From positions 31,517-95,516 of the forward strand of contig CALSCP010000556.1 of NCBI GenBank assembly GCA_943704425.1: a stretch of DNA of 64,000 nucleotides. Reading direction: 5' to 3'. Both the position numbers and the translations under genes were made by a program. Below the pieces are notes generated by a model, which was given only the letters and a program-made list of their open reading frames with translations, searched no databases and had not been told where the DNA came from. The DNA comes from Ministeria vibrans ATCC 50519 (lineage: Eukaryota > Protista > Filasterea). Numbering within the stretch: the stretch's first letter is position 1; each line of letters opens with the position of its first letter. Below, piece by piece: positions 1 to 11,625 of the stretch.

Positions 1-852
1 TTGTTGGATGTACCCGACCTCCCGGGGTCGCAAAAAATCCCGCCCTGAACAGGTTAGTCAATATGGCCAAGTGTATTGTTGAGGATTGTGTACAAGTCTA
101 AGATGGTCAAACCGCTTCTCCTAGCACTGCTAATTGATGTTTATTGTTTGGCTCTTCTAGAGTCAAATTTACCCATATGAGTCCACTTTATTGTGTAGTC
201 GTAAAAACGACACGATCTCAAGAAATAATCTTCACTCTCGAGTCTTTACCTGACTAAAGACAGTCATTGCTAAGAACACTTTGCACTTTATTTACGTTTC
301 ACTCTTCTTATCCCAGCTCTTCACTTTCATGACACATTATATTTGTCGACTCCTCAATACACTGTGGAGAATGACTTCCAAGTGATCTAGTCAGAATTAA
401 GTCTGCCCAGGGCGGTATAGCCATCTAAATGCTATAAAAAAAAAACTCTCCGACGCAGGCGTCGAGAGTAGATGAGGGGTATAAAAATAATTATTCAGTG
501 ACATGAAAACAAATAATGAGACTGTTTCATAATAATTGAGTTGTGTGGCGTAGACAGTTACTGGCCAGCGCTCTCGATCAGACTGGGTGAGGCTTTGTTG
601 CTTTGTTGTAGATTTGGGGTGTGGGTGGTGGCTGCTATATTGTAAGCAACTTGTGTTGAGACGAATAATACTAAGAAATTTTTATCTAAGCAATTGAGCA
701 ATCAGTAGAAGTCAGTCTGTATAAGGGATTACGAATCATGATTGAAATGATAATAATTAATAACTATAATTCCTGTGATTATTATTGTTAATGACGTCTA
801 ACGTCGTACTTTAACAGTGATACTTTTAGTGGGAAAGATTTTTGTTTTAGCT

Positions 853-3022
853 TTATTGTGGTGTGGTATTTTCAGAAGGTTTCGGATTCATTGGAGAGCT
901 GCGTACTCTACTCAAGTTGAACGTCTTGGCCTTACCCATCGCCTTGATCTATTAAAAAACATGTGTGAGACAAAAAAGGAAACTGGGAGACATACTACTA
1001 TTTTGTTTACCTTGAGCAGTGTCGAAATGCTGGTGATGGTGCGCACGGCATTCTCGACTTCCTCGTCAGTAACCTCAACGGGCTCTGCACAGTTCTCTTC
1101 AATGCTCGGAAGAGTCACACTGCCATTGCATGTTGTAAAGGGATGGTCCTAATATGGGAAAGTTGCGCAACAGTGAGAAACATTTTGTGTGTGTTTTTGC
1201 GTACGCGAATTTGAGGGATTGTGATGCGTTTTGAGGGATCTTTGGTAAGCATTTTGAGAACAATGTCTTTGTAGTCTGAGGGCAGTTGACGACGCGACGG
1301 AAACGAAACGCTATAGTGAGGGAAAGAGAGTTCAGTCGTGTGTGTGTGATTTGAGATGAATAATTATTTTGGTACGGGTCACTGCGAATCTTTTCGTGTA
1401 GATCAAGAATGTTTGAGCCAACAAAGGGAACTGAGCCATATCCAAAGCAAAAGAGAGTAATGCCAAGAGCCCACACGTCAACAGGACGACCATGATAGGA
1501 TGACGCATCAGCTGATGTAGAGAGAAAAGTGTGCGAGTGAGAGGGGCGACAGATTCAATAGGCAAACAGAGCGAGAGAGAGAAAGACAAGTTAGGGGGGA
1601 GTGAATTGATGCAAAGAGTGACAATAACGGAGTCAATTGGAAGGGATTAAATGATAAACATGCACAGTGAGTGATTGTGAAGAGTTTGAAAATGTAAAAA
1701 AAACTTACTGTTGAGCACTTCAGGCGCAAGAAACGCAGGAGACCCTTTGGTCGCACTCAGTTCATCTTGAGATCCCTAATACACGATTTAATCGTACCAC
1801 ACACACAAAAAAAGATGAGTCGGAAACAAAATGCAAACTTTCAAATATCAGAGCCGAATAAATCAGTTGACCATACGCAATCTCACTCTCACACTCTCAA
1901 TCAGTATCAATCAATAAAATATACCCATTCAAAATGAGGGAACTTTCAAACATCAATCTGTATCTCAAACGCAAATGGTTTACCTGAGTGATGTGAGAGA
2001 CGCCAAAGTCAGTAATCTTGGCAATGCCATCGTCATCAATGAGAATATTGCCCGGCTTAATGTCACGGTGGATAATGTGCTTGTGATGCACTAAACCAGC
2101 AGAGACAAAAAACGCAGAGAAGTACCGCAGTGAGAATAGAATGGCAGACACAACGTGAGACAAAGTGAGAGAGACAAAATCACACTTCTTACGGTATTCA
2201 AGAGCCAACACGACATGAACAAAGTAGCGATGAGTGAGTTCGAGGGAGAGAGGCTCAACCTGTTGGACTTCCTTGATCTCCATGACAGCGCCAGAGCCGA
2301 CCAGCTCAAAGACAAGGAAGAGACTGTCCTGGCCAGTGTCGTCCATGACTTCAATGAGACGTACTACGTTGGCGTGCTGCAGTTTCTTCAGGATGGCAAT
2401 TTCACGACGCACGTCGTCCAGTGGAGTTGCGCGAGGAGCTGAAAGGAAGAGGAAAAGGAGAATGTTTGGGAATATAAAAAAGAGTCAACAAAAGGAATTT
2501 TGATTGTCATTACGTCCTGGTCGCGGTGGCCCAAGCGGTCCCTTTTTTCTCAGACGTTTCTTGTTGAGTACTTTGATGGCCTACACACACACACACACAC
2601 ACACGCACACATGTTCAGCTCCTTATCGATGTTCCTTCGCCCTTTTCAGTACGTATCGCTGGTTCGTTTCGTTGTCAATCGCCAATCGCACTACACCAAA
2701 CGCTCCGCGTCCCAACATTTTGTACATTGTGTACTGATTGATAATCTCAGCATCGTCGTCAACCTGCGACAACAGAATATTTTCATAAGACACCCAATCT
2801 CTGCGCATCTCCTTTTCCGTCTCCTATCCTTACCTCTTCTCTTGACACAGTGGTAGTTTCACGCGTCTCCACACTGCGCTTTCGTCTGGGCGACTGTAGC
2901 AATGGTCTGTAGGGCACCGGTGATTTCTGCTCTTCGCGACGCAGTGATGTCGGCGCTAATCCCACAACAACAAGTAAAATACAACAACAACCCATAAATT
3001 AATGAGTTCCACAAAGAATCTC

Positions 3023-3100
<78 letters not shown>

Positions 3101-3234
3101 ACATAAGAACTCATAATAATTCATGAGATATCTCCATCCGTCTCTCACTCTCCCTCACTCACTCCATCTCTCTCGCTATCTCATCTCACACACAAGGACT
3201 CATATAATAATAATTCATGAGATAACTCCATCCG

Positions 3235-3266
<32 letters not shown>

Positions 3267-3834
3267 ATCTCACACACAACTTACAGAGTGACATGAGCGG
3301 CATGTTCATGTGCGACGCCGACAGCGCCCGTAGCCGTTTTCCAGACTCTGCTGCTTCGGGGGTGCCGGGAAGATGCGCGTGCAGCTGTGGATGAGGAGAG
3401 TTGAGAGTGAAGGAAAAAAAAAAAAAAAACCGTTTGGGGAAATGACTTGAAAAACACTACTGTGAACATAGGAAGACCAAGGGGTCTTGAAGAAGGCATG
3501 TCTCAAGTGCCGGGGTGGGTGAGAGGGCACGCGTGCGAAGTCAGAGAAGCGAGAAACAACGGAAAAACGGTTCTTTATCATTTGGTATGGGACATTATTT
3601 TACCTGTGCGGCAGACTCAGTCGTAAGATGCGACGACGACTCTGCAGCGGAGCGGGGCGGCTCGGATTCCGACCGGAGGGGTCCCAGCAGGGACAGGGAC
3701 GACGCATCCTCGACGACAATGCTCGGAGTGCGTGAGGAGTCGGAGTGGACCGACTCAGTGCGATCAGGGTCCTCCTTCTCCCCCTCGGCGTGTTTGAAGC
3801 GCCCGCTGAACGTCCGAGCAATGCGCTTCATCAT
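853..3834 (-). CDS. CAMKK: Ca2+/calmodulin-dependent protein kinase kinase (CAMKK-like), multi-exon
   Basis: Exons give [84 protein letters not shown] and the CAMKK-type tail [18 protein letters not shown] at 3834, TAA at 853-855; GT-AG introns. Confidence 0.88.
3027..3280. repeat. Intronic (CA)n microsatellite followed by a ~90-bp imperfect tandem duplication
   Basis: (CA)n at 3027-3100; ATAATTCATGAGATA..CTCCATCCGTCTCTC..CTATCTCATCTCACACACAA occurs twice. Confidence 0.85.
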
Positions 3835-4135
3835 TTTATTTTTATTTTTACGACGTGATAGGAGTGCGTCCCTCTTGCGAGTTTCGACCGAGCACTGGAT
3901 TGAAAAATCACTGATCGTTGATCGGAAAATGAAATTTAGTCACCTTCAGAGAAACTTCAGTCGATCGCACGTCACAAACAATAGCAGAAAGCATCTTCTT
4001 GGGTGTACACGTGTTTCAGAGCGACTATTTTATTCGCCTGCCACGCAGACGCAGCGTTGCCTGTGTGCTGGATGATATCCTTCGAATCAAAACAAAAAAG
4101 TAATTGAATAGTTCACTATTATTCATTTTTCTCTG

Positions 4136-4645
4136 ATGCTCTCCACTGCTCGAAAACGAGCGCACGACGAAGGAAACGATGCCACGAGCGACGACGACTC
4201 CGAGATCACGACGGTAGAGCACACAGCGCTCTCAGACGCCCTGACGCCCGAAGACGAGCAACTCGCGCGTATTCCTCAAATTGCCGCGCGCTTTGAAATC
4301 GACCAAAAACTCGGCGAAGGTGCGCGTTCCCCGAGTGTTCTGTGGCCCTGCTGTGTCTAAACGCACCTCTCCCGTCATATCCACCTCGGGCTTCCGCCGT
4401 GCGTCGCTCATTCCTTCACACACACACATTTTTTTCCTTCCCCCTTTTGCCCTTTCAGGCGCGTTCAGCATTGTCTACGCTGCGTCGCTTCGCTCGTCGC
4501 CTGCCGTCAAGGTTGCGCTCAAGAAGCTCTACTCCAACAGCAGCCCGCAACGTATCGCGAACGAGATCAACTGTCTGGCGAAGCTCACGTACCAATCAAA
4601 AGAGATGTTTTGCCTTTGTGACTGATCTGTCACTGTCGATTTTGT

Positions 4646-4682
<37 letters not shown>

Positions 4683-5624
4683 TTTGTCTTTTGTGGTTTA
4701 TTTGCAGAAATCACGAGTCGGTGTGCCGCCTCTTAGGTGCTGTACGACACGAGGGGGACACTATTCTTGTGCTCGAGTACTTTCCCCACGATCACTTTCA
4801 TGTAAACAACACACAAATAAGACAATGTTATGCTCACATGAAACGTCTGTTAGGACTACTTTGAACGACTCACGCTGGACGACACCCGTGCCTACATGCG
4901 CGGCCTCTTCTCAGCCATGGAACACATTCACGCCCTTGGCATCATCCACCGCGACATCAAACCACGCAACTTTCTCTTTAATCCGACCACACACCAATGC
5001 AAACTGGTCGACTTTGGTCTCTCCGAGTGTCGCCCCGCCACCTCAAAGCACCACCCCTCTCTCACCGCCGCAAGCAAATCATCCACTGCTGGGGGCCTTG
5101 CCGCCAGTCACAGTCACAGTCACGCCACCGGCACGACCAGCGCCAAACCCATTCTGCACACTGTCGGTCTTGCGGGTGTCTTGCGCCACGACACCCGGCC
5201 CAAGGCGCGCTTTGTGCGTGCCGGCACCCGTGGCTTCCGCGCCGTCGAAGTCCTCCTGCAGTCGCAGCACCAAACAACTGCCATTGACGTATGGTGTGCC
5301 GGTGTGATCCTCCTCATGATCGCCGCCCGTCGCTACCCCCTCTTTGACTCCACCGACGACATGAACGGTCTGTGCGAGCTCGCGTGTGTCTTTGGCACGC
5401 GCGAACTCATCGCAGTCGCCGCAAAGCTCAACAAGACGCTCTCCTTCCACGACCATCGACCGGCCGTCCAACTCAACGACCTCTGTGACCTTCTCGCACC
5501 CACACGCGTCCAAGACTGGGCCTGCTCCGACGACATGCTCTCACTGATGAACCACTGTCTTGCACTCGATCCACACGATCGTATTACGGCTGAAGATGCG
5601 CTCAAGTTGCCCTTCTTTGAATGA
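4136..5624 (+). CDS. CDC7: Cell division cycle 7 (DDK) kinase, 4 exons
   Basis: KLGE|GAFSIVY, VALKKLYSNSSPQRIANEI, HRDIKPRNFLF, KLVDFGL, kinase insert, RAGTRGFRAVEVL, QTTAIDVWCAGVI, RITAEDAL; three GT-AG introns. Confidence 0.9.
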
Positions 5625-5880
5625 ATATCTCAAATGTACATCCATGTAAAACAAACCATGAAACCAACAATTGAAACCGATTTGTACAATGTCGAATACG
5701 CACGTGTACTGTACTTGTGTGGTCGATTGTGATTTTTATATAAGTGATCGAAAAATAAAAAACGAAAATAATATTGAAAAATGAAAAATCACAATTGTTA
5801 TTTGTTCGACTCACACTCAAAGTCACGCGACTTCACAGTTCACGAACATCCTTAGAGTATTATATTTTTGACTCTTGACA

Positions 5881-8800
5881 ATGGCAGCATCCCCACAGAC
5901 TGCGGGCATGACGGCTCACAAATACGCGATTGTCATCGGACGAACCATTTTCGACTCGAACACGCTCGAGCTTGGTACGCTGCCAGGGGTCGCGGCGACC
6001 GTCCGCAACATGGCGGTTGACCTTGTGCGCAACGGGTTCAAGGCGGTCGTGCTCGCAGACACGCCCATGGCGCTGTCGCTGCCCGCTTTCGACAATCCCC
6101 TTGAAAAAGGGTACGTCGACTTTGCGGTCACCGCCACTCAGAAGAAGGACCTGCTGTGGCTGCAGGCGGACACGACGCCTGCACACATTCGCAGCGCACT
6201 CGTTGACCTGGCTGCCATGGTCTCTGGGCACCTGCCGGGTCCGCTCGACGACTTGGTCATTTACATCTGCTCGCACGGCGTCCTCAACGCCAGCGACGGC
6301 TCGTACGGCGTAGCACTCGCCGACGTTCGGCGCACCAAGGCGAGTGTCCTCGATGCGAACGGTGACGTTGTGCACCCCGCCCAGTATGCCGACGCGTACA
6401 CGATGGAGCAGTTGCGCGACGACTTGCGCGTCGAGCAAGAACAGCGCTGGCGCAACACTCTTGTGGTGCTCGACACGTGCCATTCGGGAGGGGCGTTTGA
6501 TGCGACGGAGGTGTCGCTACGTGCGGTCGGAACGGAGGCAACCGATCAGATGCAGACGGTGTTTCAGAAGGAGTCGTACCAGTGCTTGGCGGCGGTGCCT
6601 TGTACTTCGTCGGCGTTCTGTCTGAGGCACGGCACGGTGCTGCACATGGCGCTGCGACGAGCATGGCTGTTGCCTGGTGGCGATGGCGGGGCGTTTGCGC
6701 GGGACCGCGAGGGTGCAGCGCGGTGGGCGACAATTGGACGCGTGGCGGACCGTGTCAATGTGGAACTGGCGTCGCTGATGACAGAGATTGTGCAGAATAT
6801 GCCGGCGCACCTGAAGAAATCCAACGACAAGTACTTCTTACTGCAGACGTGTCTGTTGGGACGACTGCCGTGGCGCGGGGCGCACAACACGGGGGAGTTT
6901 GTGGTGTTCAACGAGAAGTACAGGGGGCGCAACAAGCTGGTCATGGTGCCTGCTGTGCCGGCGAGTTTCACGGGACGCCAGAAGGAGTTGGGGCAGTTGG
7001 AGACACGACTGCAACAGAGTGGGACTGCGGCGATTGGGAACCTGACGGTGTCGGCTGCGGGCGGGGTGGGAAAGAGCACACTGGCGGCGGAGTATGTGCG
7101 ACGGAATGCGCATGAGTACCACTCGGTAATTTGGGTGCAGGGAAAGAGTGCGACGACGATGATGGGATCGTATCGGGAGGCAGTGCGGTACATTCCACTG
7201 AAGGATGTGGATGCTGCCAACGCAAAGGAAGAGGAGGTGGTGGCGGCAGTGAAAGAATGGCTGTCGCACGAACGAGGATGGTTGATGGTGGTGGACGGAT
7301 GTGATGTGATCACAGACGAGATGAAGACGATGATGCCCGGTGGCGTGATGGAGGGGAAGATGATTGTGACGACACGATTGCGAAGTGTGGAGGAGTTGGG
7401 AGCGCTGTTTGAAGGAGGAGACGCACCGATGGAGCTGGGGGTATTTGATGAGGATGAGGGAATGGAGTACATGCGGAAGCGACTGGCGAAACGCGCGAAT
7501 GAAGGAGATGCGTTGAGGGATATCGTGCGTGCTGTAGGAGGAATGCCATTGGCACTTGAGTTGGCGGCAGCGTATCTGGCAGCGACGCCACATGTGAGTG
7601 CTGGAAGGTATCGTGCACGGATGGAGGCAGACAGATTGAAGGCGTTGAAGAAGAGGAGTGGAGGAGGAGGATTGGAAGATCGAGTGGTGGCGACGTACGA
7701 GCCGAGTTTGGCGCGAGCGATGGAGATTGGAGGGAAGGAGGTGGTGGGAAAGATGGTTGGAGTGACGGGTTTTTTAGAGGGGAGCGGAATGGAGGTGGCG
7801 GTGCTGCGATTGCTGGTGATGGGGCAGAGGGAGGAAGAAGAGGCGGATGAGGATGCGTTTGATGTTGCACTTGGTGCGTTGTGTCGTCTGTGCGTGGTTG
7901 ATGTGAGCGGGAGTGTGGTCTCGATGCATCAGTTGGTGCAGGACGTGTGTCGCGTAGTGGCATTTGGAGATGAGGAGGAGATGTGGAGTGAGTTGCAGAA
8001 GGTGGGGAGAGTGTTGGAAGAGGAGATTGATGATGAATCGAAAGTGTATGGAGATGTGGAGTGGAGTCGACGAGTGGGAGTGCATGGAATGCGAGTGATG
8101 GAGTGGGCGTGTGTCGAGGTGGGGAGAAGGCGGACTCGTGGCGAAACGGAGGAGTATGGTGATGGTGTTGTGTGGCTGGGAATCCAATTGAGTGTGATGT
8201 GGCGGACGTTGGGGATGTACAAGTTGGCTCTTTGTGCTGCTGAGAATGCGTGTGATTGTGTGTATGACAAGACATCAGTGCTGGCTGCAAGTGCATTTAG
8301 GACATTGGGTACTGTCCATGAGTGCCAAGGTGAATACACAAAAGCTGTGGAGGTGTATGGGCAAGCACTTGTGATTCAAGAAGCAAAGCTGGGCAAAGAC
8401 CATTCTGAGACTGGCGACACACTGAACAACATGGCTGGTGTGTTCAAGGCACAAGGAGACTACAGTCGTGCTCTTGAGTACTATGAACGTGCTCTGACCA
8501 TCTGTGAGAAGTCTGTTGGTCCCGACCACCCATCCACGAGCATCACATTGAACAACATGGCTGTTGTGTTCGAGGCACAAGGAGACTACAATCGTGCTCT
8601 TGAGTACTATGAGCGTGCTCTGACNNNNNNNNNNNNNNNNNNNNNNNNNNNNNNNNNNNNNNNNNNNNNNNNNNNNNNNNNNNNNNNNNNNNNNNNNNNN
8701 NNNNNNNNNNNNNNNNNNNNNNNNNNNNNNNNNNNNNNNNNNNNNNNNNNNNNNNNNNNNNNNNNNNNNNNNNNNNNNNNNNNNNNNNNNNNNNNNNNNN

Positions 8801-11115
8801 NNNNNNNNNNNNNNNNNNNNNNNNNNNNNNNNNNNNNNNNNNNNNNNNNNNNNNNNNNNNNNNNNNNNNNNNNNNNNNNNNNNNNNNNNNNNNNNNNNNN
8901 NNNNNNNNNNNNNNNNNNNNNNNNNNNNNNNNNNNNNNNNNNNNNNNNNNNNACACAAGGAGACTACAGTCGTGCTCTTGAGTACTACGAGCGTGCTCTG
9001 ACCATCTGTGAGAAGTCTGTTGGTCCCGACCACCCATCCACAGGCAGCACATTGAGGAACATGGCTGGTGTGTTCAAGGCACAAGGAGACTACAGTCGTG
9101 CACTTGAGTACTACGAGCGTGCTCTGACCATCCGTGAGAAGTCTGTTGGTCCCGAGCACCCATCCACAGGCATCACATTGAACAACATGGCTGGTGTGTT
9201 CGAGGCACAAGGAGACTACAGTCGTGCACTTGAGTACTATGAGCGTGCTCTGACCATCCGTGAGAAGTCTGTTGGTCCCGACCACCAATCTACAGGCGAC
9301 ACATTGAACAACATGGCTGGTGTGTTCGAGGCACAAGGAGACTACAGTCGTGCTCTTGAGTACTATAACCGTGCTCTGACCATCTGTGAGACGTCTGTTG
9401 GTCCCGACAACCCATCCACAGGCGACATCATTTTCAACATGGCGGATATGTTTGATAAACAAGGAGACTACAGTCGTGCTCTTGAGTACTATGAGCGTAC
9501 TCTGACCATTTATGAGAAGTCTGTTGGTCCCGACCACCCATCCACAGGCGACACATTGAACAACATGGCTGGTGTGTTCAAGGCACGAGGAGACTACAGT
9601 CGTGCGCTAGAGTGCTATGCGCGTGCTATGACCATTCGTGAGAAGTCTGTTGGTCCCGACCACCCGTCCGCAGGCGACACATTGAATAACATGGCTGTTG
9701 TGTTTAAGGCGCAAGGAGACTACAGTCGTGCTCTTGAGTACTATGAACGTGCTCTGACCATCTGTGAGAAGTCTGTTGGTCCCGACCACCCATCCACGAG
9801 CATCACATTGAACAACATGGCTGTTGTGTTCGAGGCACAAGGAGACTACAATCGTGCTCTTGAGTACTATGAGCGTGCTCTGGCCATCCGTGAGAAGTCT
9901 GTTGGTCCCGACCACCCATCCACAGGCAACACATTGAACAACATGGCTGGTGTGTTCGAGGCACAAGGAGACTACAGTCGTGCTCTTGAGTACTATGCGC
10001 GTGCTATGACCATCCGTGAGAAGTCTGTTGGTCCCGACCACCCATCCACAGGCGACACATTGAACGACATGGCTATTGTGGTCCAGGCACAAGGAGACTA
10101 CAGTCGTGCTCTTGAGTACTATGAGCGTGCTCTGATCATCCGTGAGAAGTCTGTTGGTCCCGACCACCCATCCACAGGCGGCACATTGAACAACATGGCT
10201 GTTGTGTTCAAGACACAAGGAGATTACAGTCGTGCTCTTGAGTACTATGAGCGTGCGCTGACCATCTGTGAGAAGTCTGTTGGTCCCGACCACCCATCCA
10301 CGAGCATCACATTGAACAACATGGCTGGTGTGTTCGAGGCACAAGGAGACTACAGTCGTGCTCTTGAGTACTATAACCGTGCTCTGACCATTTATGAGAG
10401 GTCTCTTGGTCCCGACCACCCATCGACGGGCACCACATTGAACAACATGGCCATTGTGTTCGAGGTACAAGGAGACTACAGTCGTGCTCTTGAGTACTAC
10501 GAGCGTGCTCTGACCATCCGTGAGAAGTCTGTTGGTCCCGACCACCCATCCACAGGCGACACATTGAACAACATGGCTGTTGTGTTCCGTGCACAAGGAG
10601 ACTACAATCGTGCTCTTGAGTACTATGAACGTGCTATGACCATCCGTGAGAAGTCTGTTGGTCCCGACCACCCATCCACAGGCAGCACATTGAACAACAT
10701 GGCTGTTGTGTTCGAGGCACAAGGAGACTACAGTCGTGCTCTTGAGTACTATGCGCGTGCTCTGACTATCTGTGAGAAATCTGTTGGTCCCGACCACCCA
10801 TCCACAGGCGACACATTGAACAACATGGCTGGTGTGTTCGAGGCACAAGGAGACTACAGTCGTGCTCTTGAGTACTATGAACGTGCTCTGGCCATCCGTG
10901 AGACGTCTGTTGGACCCGACCACCGATATACAGGCGACATCGTTTTCAACATGGCGGATATGTTTGAGAAACAAGGAGACTACTGTCGTGCTCTTCCACT
11001 GTTCGAGCGCGCTCTAACAATTTCTGAGAACACACTTGGACAGTCGCACCCAGACACAATCTCGAACCGACTATCTTTCGATCGCGTTCACCAACGCTTG
11101 TACAATATTCTCTGA
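5881..11115 (+). CDS. NLR-like protein: caspase-like (peptidase C14) domain + NB-ARC STAND NTPase + TPR array; no introns seen, spans N-gap 8625-8952
   Basis: His/Cys dyad IYICSHG...VVLDTCHSG; FTGRQKEL; P-loop GGVGKSTLA; Walker B WLMVVDGCD; IVTTR; GGMPLALELAAAY; SMHQLVQ; 42-aa TPRs. First ATG at 5881. Confidence 0.92.
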   Translation: MAASPQTAGMTAHKYAIVIGRTIFDSNTLELGTLPGVAATVRNMAVDLVRNGFKAVVLADTPMALSLPAFDNPLEKGYVDFAVTATQKKDLLWLQADTTPAHIRSALVDLAAMVSGHLPGPLDDLVIYICSHGVLNASDGSYGVALADVRRTKASVLDANGDVVHPAQYADAYTMEQLRDDLRVEQEQRWRNTLVVLDTCHSGGAFDATEVSLRAVGTEATDQMQTVFQKESYQCLAAVPCTSSAFCLRHGTVLHMALRRAWLLPGGDGGAFARDREGAARWATIGRVADRVNVELASLMTEIVQNMPAHLKKSNDKYFLLQTCLLGRLPWRGAHNTGEFVVFNEKYRGRNKLVMVPAVPASFTGRQKELGQLETRLQQSGTAAIGNLTVSAAGGVGKSTLAAEYVRRNAHEYHSVIWVQGKSATTMMGSYREAVRYIPLKDVDAANAKEEEVVAAVKEWLSHERGWLMVVDGCDVITDEMKTMMPGGVMEGKMIVTTRLRSVEELGALFEGGDAPMELGVFDEDEGMEYMRKRLAKRANEGDALRDIVRAVGGMPLALELAAAYLAATPHVSAGRYRARMEADRLKALKKRSGGGGLEDRVVATYEPSLARAMEIGGKEVVGKMVGVTGFLEGSGMEVAVLRLLVMGQREEEEADEDAFDVALGALCRLCVVDVSGSVVSMHQLVQDVCRVVAFGDEEEMWSELQKVGRVLEEEIDDESKVYGDVEWSRRVGVHGMRVMEWACVEVGRRRTRGETEEYGDGVVWLGIQLSVMWRTLGMYKLALCAAENACDCVYDKTSVLAASAFRTLGTVHECQGEYTKAVEVYGQALVIQEAKLGKDHSETGDTLNNMAGVFKAQGDYSRALEYYERALTICEKSVGPDHPSTSITLNNMAVVFEAQGDYNRALEYYERALXXXXXXXXXXXXXXXXXXXXXXXXXXXXXXXXXXXXXXXXXXXXXXXXXXXXXXXXXXXXXXXXXXXXXXXXXXXXXXXXXXXXXXXXXXXXXXXXXXXXXXXXXXXXXXTQGDYSRALEYYERALTICEKSVGPDHPSTGSTLRNMAGVFKAQGDYSRALEYYERALTIREKSVGPEHPSTGITLNNMAGVFEAQGDYSRALEYYERALTIREKSVGPDHQSTGDTLNNMAGVFEAQGDYSRALEYYNRALTICETSVGPDNPSTGDIIFNMADMFDKQGDYSRALEYYERTLTIYEKSVGPDHPSTGDTLNNMAGVFKARGDYSRALECYARAMTIREKSVGPDHPSAGDTLNNMAVVFKAQGDYSRALEYYERALTICEKSVGPDHPSTSITLNNMAVVFEAQGDYNRALEYYERALAIREKSVGPDHPSTGNTLNNMAGVFEAQGDYSRALEYYARAMTIREKSVGPDHPSTGDTLNDMAIVVQAQGDYSRALEYYERALIIREKSVGPDHPSTGGTLNNMAVVFKTQGDYSRALEYYERALTICEKSVGPDHPSTSITLNNMAGVFEAQGDYSRALEYYNRALTIYERSLGPDHPSTGTTLNNMAIVFEVQGDYSRALEYYERALTIREKSVGPDHPSTGDTLNNMAVVFRAQGDYNRALEYYERAMTIREKSVGPDHPSTGSTLNNMAVVFEAQGDYSRALEYYARALTICEKSVGPDHPSTGDTLNNMAGVFEAQGDYSRALEYYERALAIRETSVGPDHRYTGDIVFNMADMFEKQGDYCRALPLFERALTISENTLGQSHPDTISNRLSFDRVHQRLYNIL
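8413..11058 (+). repeat. Coding tandem array of ~21 near-identical 126-bp TPR units
   Basis: Unit starts at 8413, 8539, (gap), 9043, 9169 ... 10933, all 126 bp apart; phase is preserved across the gap. Confidence 0.95.
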
Positions 11116-11625
11116 TTCCAGGTTCTCTTTTGACTATTTTCATGTAAATCTAATCAAGTTACTCTAACATTCCACAAGTCGCGATTAAATTATCTCATAA
11201 TCATTTGAGTTCCACACCTGCCACAACGAAAGTCAAAGAACACTCAAAAGGAAAACTCTTTCTTCTCTCTACCAGCACAACACTACCCAGTGTTCACTTG
11301 ACACTTTCCACTTGCCAGTGAGCAGTGAGTCGCCACTCTTACCTATCTCGGGTTGTTTCTCCCGAGACACTATTAGGAAACGATTCATTACATGAGTAAT
11401 TGTTACATGAGAGCGTTTCACACACCGTTTTTGTGGGTCTACGGGTGTTCCAATAAAGCTCCAATTCTCCATCTTCCAACTTCTTCGGGGCTAGCCTATG
11501 TTCCATGGTGATTGGTGGACGATTGTACTACTCTTCCTTTCGATTTTATTCTTTCATTTTAGTCATCTAACTCTGATACTTTTGGCTTTTGTCATTTTTT
11601 TTACACATTAATTTTTCTTCTGCCC

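Noticed and set aside
1-816. Hairpins at ~15-30 and ~445-469 as transposon or Helitron ends
   Set aside because: No CTRR terminus, TIR partner, TSD or transposase visible; the region cannot be assigned.
5221-5260. CDC7 APE-to-AVE change as a pseudokinase sign
   Set aside because: Catalytic Lys, HRD, DFG and the Glu are all retained.
8275-10974. Long antisense ORFs over the TPR array
   Set aside because: Shadow frames: one stop-free repeat unit iterated gives a long ORF; no independent protein features.
8413-11058. Regularly spaced repeats as a CRISPR array (also the ARM arrays)
   Set aside because: Units are contiguous, codon-multiple and coding, with no unique spacers or cas genes, in a eukaryotic context.
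11269-11510. Small minus-strand ORFs and hairpins (TCTCGGG/CCCGAGA) between the NLR and TFG
   Set aside because: No coherent splice model or recognisable RNA family; left unannotated.
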